This document shows positions 36,658 to 39,350 of a stretch of DNA of 39,350 nt, piece after piece. The stretch is from a virus (taxonomy: Duplodnaviria > Caudoviricetes): positions 1 through 39,350 of IMG/VR virus record IMGVR_UViG_3300010381_000001; one strand, written 5' to 3'. The translations under genes and the position numbers were made by a program. Within the stretch, counting starts at the first letter, position 1; each line of letters opens with the position of its first letter. Below the pieces are notes generated by a model. That model saw nothing but the letters and a program-made list of their open reading frames with translations. It had not been told where the DNA came from and did not search any database.

Positions 36658-36828
36658 ATGCCACAATATATTACCGTAAAAGACGTAATGGCTCTATATA
36701 AGTGTTCCAAATCAACCGTATATAACTGGATTGATGAAGGCCTGCCAGTGCATAAATTCGGTAGAATGACGCGGTTCCTTGAAGCAGAAGTTGACGAGTG
36801 GGTGAAGAAGCTGGAAGGGAGGGGATAG
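36658..36828 (+). CDS. Excisionase/AlpA-like HTH protein
   Basis: ATG after AGGAGG; YITVKDV...CSKSTVYNWIDEGLP...GRMTRF...EVDEWV. Confidence 0.85.
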   Translation: MPQYITVKDVMALYKCSKSTVYNWIDEGLPVHKFGRMTRFLEAEVDEWVKKLEGRG

Positions 36829-36830
36829 GG

Positions 36831-37010
36831 ATGGCTGATATTTATAAATGTATAGTCTGTGGGGAAATTGTTTCAGATTACAAACCTGAATATTGCTGTG
36901 ATGGTAGAAACTGTGGCTGCATGGGAAAACCGTTGGAGCCGCCGATATGCAGCAAAGAATGCTATGATAAAATATTTGGTTCTGAACAATTTTGTGACAA
37001 TTGTTGTTAA
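36831..37010 (+). CDS. Small Cys-rich protein
   Basis: MADIYKCIVCG...YCCDGRNCGCMG-x-P-x-EPP-x-CS-x-EC. Confidence 0.7.
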   Translation: MADIYKCIVCGEIVSDYKPEYCCDGRNCGCMGKPLEPPICSKECYDKIFGSEQFCDNCC

Positions 37011-37051
37011 TTCATATATTCCCCGTAGCCTCCAGCAATGGAGGTATATTT

Positions 37052-37261
37052 TTAATATTTCCGCATCATCTGTTCCACTGCCTCATTATGCGTCACAAGC
37101 TCAATAACCGGTTCACCCATTTTCCAGAACAATACATGATAACCCTCCGGTACGCATGCGCCGTACTGCATTTGGCATACAGTATAACCCAGTTCACGGA
37201 GGCGGGCAAGGTAGCGGGTACATTTTTGTGTTGTTTCGATCGTGTAAGATTTATCTGGCAT
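37052..37261 (-). CDS. Hypothetical protein
   Basis: 69 aa with GGGTGAT RBS. Confidence 0.6.
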   Translation of the reverse strand: MPDKSYTIETTQKCTRYLARLRELGYTVCQMQYGACVPEGYHVLFWKMGEPVIELVTHNEAVEQMMRKY

Positions 37262-37475
37262 AACATCACCCCGTGTAAAGTTATTCTAAGACATACCGAT
37301 ATAATATATGTATTCTGTATGAAATTCAAGAAAAACGGAAACAATTCAAGGATATTCGAATATACTGATGGTAACATGCCATAATTAACCAATATTCAAC
37401 TTGCAATATATTACAGGGAGTGATAGCGTTATGGCACGAAGATATAAATTAATAGGCATTAGGAGGGGTAAACAT

Positions 37476-37667
37476 ATGGCAAGCGTGTTGTATATCAATA
37501 AATATATGACAGAACCAAAATCCTGCTCCTTACTTGACTTAATTACAAACCCTGAAATTAGGGAACAAACTTGTGATTACTACGACAAAAATCATGTGGA
37601 AAGTAAAACCGAGAAGGAAATTTTTGAGTCATGGAGAAATAGGAGAACAAGAGAGGATGATAAATAA
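37476..37667 (+). CDS. Putative antitoxin (by position)
   Basis: ATG after AGGAGG; 63 aa; TAATG overlap with the toxin start. Confidence 0.55.
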   Translation: MASVLYINKYMTEPKSCSLLDLITNPEIREQTCDYYDKNHVESKTEKEIFESWRNRRTREDDK

Positions 37668-38155
37668 TGCCGTGCCCTGCAGTACCAGTAATTCCAACAC
37701 CCACAATAGACGATCACTTACATAAGGGATGCATTTTCTGGTTTGATGTTACAGGTAATTCGGACCCAGCAATAAGTTCAAAAAAGGCAAGACCATATAT
37801 TATAATCAGCAAATTTAAAGCTCGCGCATCACGAATTATTGTGTCGCCCATAACAGATCGTGAGCATTGCGTAGAAAAGGATACAGATAAACTTAAGTAT
37901 CCTTACAACGCTCCATTGAACAAGCGCAATTATAATTTTTTGGACAAAGACAGCGTGATACTTTTAGATCAGGCTTATACATTAGATAAGTCCGAACTTT
38001 GCGAAGAATGGTATATGGGCAAGGTTGACAATTTGAGTGAGGTTGATAAGGCAATAATGTATAATTATGATTTGTTTAAATCAATCGAAGAGGCATTCGC
38101 CGAACTTGTAAAAGAATATTCTCAAAAGCATGTTGCTCAATATAGCAGGAAATAA
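37667..38155 (+). CDS. PemK/MazF family endoribonuclease toxin
   Basis: KGCIFWFD...KKARPYIIIS...IIVSPITD...DSVILLDQAYTLDKSEL. Confidence 0.9.
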   Translation: MPCPAVPVIPTPTIDDHLHKGCIFWFDVTGNSDPAISSKKARPYIIISKFKARASRIIVSPITDREHCVEKDTDKLKYPYNAPLNKRNYNFLDKDSVILLDQAYTLDKSELCEEWYMGKVDNLSEVDKAIMYNYDLFKSIEEAFAELVKEYSQKHVAQYSRK

Positions 38156-38170
38156 AGATTTCAAGTCTAA

Positions 38171-38434
38171 TTAAGCCCTATACCAGGGCTTTTGTTTTAT
38201 ATTGTCATCATCTTCAAACGGAGAATATTCGATCAGTTCAAACAACTCGCAATCGAGAGCCTTGCAGATTTTAACCAGGTCTTTCACGTTCATGCGTCTT
38301 ACATACTCATGCCAATACGCAAGCAGAGTATTATAGCATACACGGTCTTTTTCATCCTCGCCGGTGGCACGCCATAAATCAGCAATTTTCCAGTCCTTTT
38401 CAGTTGCTAATCGTCTTACATTGATTTTGAACAT
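38171..38434 (-). CDS. Cro/CI-type HTH regulator (HTH_26-like)
   Basis: INVRRL...IADLWRATG...YNTL...LVKICKALDCELFELIEY. Confidence 0.85.
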   Translation of the reverse strand: MFKINVRRLATEKDWKIADLWRATGEDEKDRVCYNTLLAYWHEYVRRMNVKDLVKICKALDCELFELIEYSPFEDDDNIKQKPWYRA

Positions 38435-38650
38435 AGGGATATTTTAACATGCCACTGTTTTTATGGACGAAAATCTTATTCTATAGTGGAAATTCTATTA
38501 TAGCGTAAGTTAAATTTTATGGGTTGATAGGACTATGTAACCAGTAAAGAATGCCCATTTTGGTTACATGCATTGATATTCGTACATGAGTACACTATAA
38601 TGGATTATGTAAACATTGGAACGATGCATAAAATTTTCCGGTCAAATCTA

Positions 38651-38696
38651 TTGAAATATTACAAGGACAAGAGTAAAATAAAGGAACTAATGTTCG
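38651..38696 (+). promoter_or_regulatory. sigmaA promoter with LexA (SOS) box
   Basis: TTGAAA-17-TAAAAT (38651-38679) and GAAC-TAAT-GTTC (38684-38695) over the expected start site. Confidence 0.75.
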
Positions 38697-38718
38697 ATAT
38701 GCAAAGGGAGGACACAAT

Positions 38719-38874
38719 ATGAAAACACCGCAAAGTATATCTAAAAAGTTATCTATTAAGCTCAGCAATATATATGATGACATATATTCAGTTGAGTACA
38801 AGGGAGTTCTCTACATAAACACTGGCTATAATCGCAAAAAATATGGCAACAAACTCTTCGACTTGTCTATATAA
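38719..38874 (+). CDS. Small basic protein next to att; candidate recombination directionality factor (not in ORF track)
   Basis: RBS GGGAGG; MKTPQSISKKLSIKLSNIYDDIYSVEYKGVLYINTGYNRKKYGNKLFDLSI, 51 aa. Confidence 0.55.
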   Translation: MKTPQSISKKLSIKLSNIYDDIYSVEYKGVLYINTGYNRKKYGNKLFDLSI

Positions 38875-38894
38875 TTCCTTCGTTAAAAATACAA

Positions 38895-38950
38895 AAGAAA
38901 AACATTATCATAATATGTCTTGCTATGCGGTAAAACCATGCTGGCCAGAA
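38895..38950. other. Prophage/host attachment junction
   Basis: AT-rich phage DNA with an in-frame stop at 38911-38913 switches to comM codons TGC GGT AAA ACC ATG at ~38926. Confidence 0.75.
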
Positions 38951-39350
38951 GGCTGCCGACCATTTTGCCTTCCATGACATTTGACGAAGCGCTTGAGGTT
39001 ACGAAGGTACACAGCATAGCCGGTATCCTTCCTCCCGGTGTGCCTCTGATAACTACCAGGCCGTTCAGGAGCCCGCATCATACAATTTCGGATACAGGAC
39101 TGGTCGGAGGAGGAGCGGTTCCCAAGCCAGGTGAAATCAGCATGGCGCATTATGGTGTTCTATTTCTTGACGAGCTCCCCGAGTTTAGCAGAAGGTCGCT
39201 TGAGGTTCTGAGGCAGCCGCTTGAAGACGGTATCATCACCATTTCAAGGGTAAATGCAAGTCTGACATATCCGGCAAAGACAACGCTGATTTGTGCTGCC
39301 AATCCTTGCAAGTGCGGGCATTTCCTTGAACCGTCCGGGCAGTGCATTTG
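38926..39350 (+). pseudogene. comM: 3' portion of host ComM/YifB Mg-chelatase-like AAA+ ATPase, interrupted at Walker A; runs off the window
   Basis: [15 protein letters not shown]...[11 protein letters not shown]...GGG[24 protein letters not shown]...LRQPLEDG...AANPCKCG; the GxPG start of Walker A is missing. Confidence 0.93.

Larger units (their letters stand above)
1..38925 (+). mobile_element. Prophage (late/structural, lysis and right-end accessory regions); left part lies outside the window
   Basis: Co-oriented terminase-portal-scaffold-capsid-tail-lysis order; ends abruptly where a host comM/yifB reading frame begins mid-gene. Confidence 0.95.

Noticed and set aside
36658-36828. Treating the excisionase-like HTH as proof of a tyrosine integrase at this end
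   Set aside because: No integrase is adjacent; such HTH proteins are often plain regulators, and it lies within an accessory module
38923-39347. Two minus-strand ORFs in the track
   Set aside because: Shadows of the plus-strand comM frame

Overview
Right-hand ~38.9 kb of a temperate phage integrated in a Bacillota (probably Clostridia-type) chromosome, followed by the 3' part of a host comM/yifB gene that is cut at its Walker A motif (~38926). The late region looks podovirus-like: large terminase, P22-like portal, scaffold with an NLQLFA leader, decoration protein, Mu gpT-type capsid, adaptor and nozzle proteins, and two large ejection-type proteins. No tape-measure, tube or sheath gene is evident. 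A lysis cassette and a right-end accessory block follow (excisionase-like HTH, MazF/PemK toxin pair, Cro/CI-type HTH, LexA-boxed small ORF next to the att junction). No integrase lies in the window. Main unexplained signals: (1) a family of dif-like 11-6-11 sites at accessory-module junctions, two of them in frame inside virion genes at domain boundaries; (2) eight copies of one phage-specific promoter motif; (3) two structured non-coding RNA candidates; (4) an iteron-like cluster beside a winged-helix gene inside the tail region; (5) enzyme domains (PHP hydrolase, ART-like) embedded in virion proteins. All family calls are by-eye motif recognition; no database search was run.
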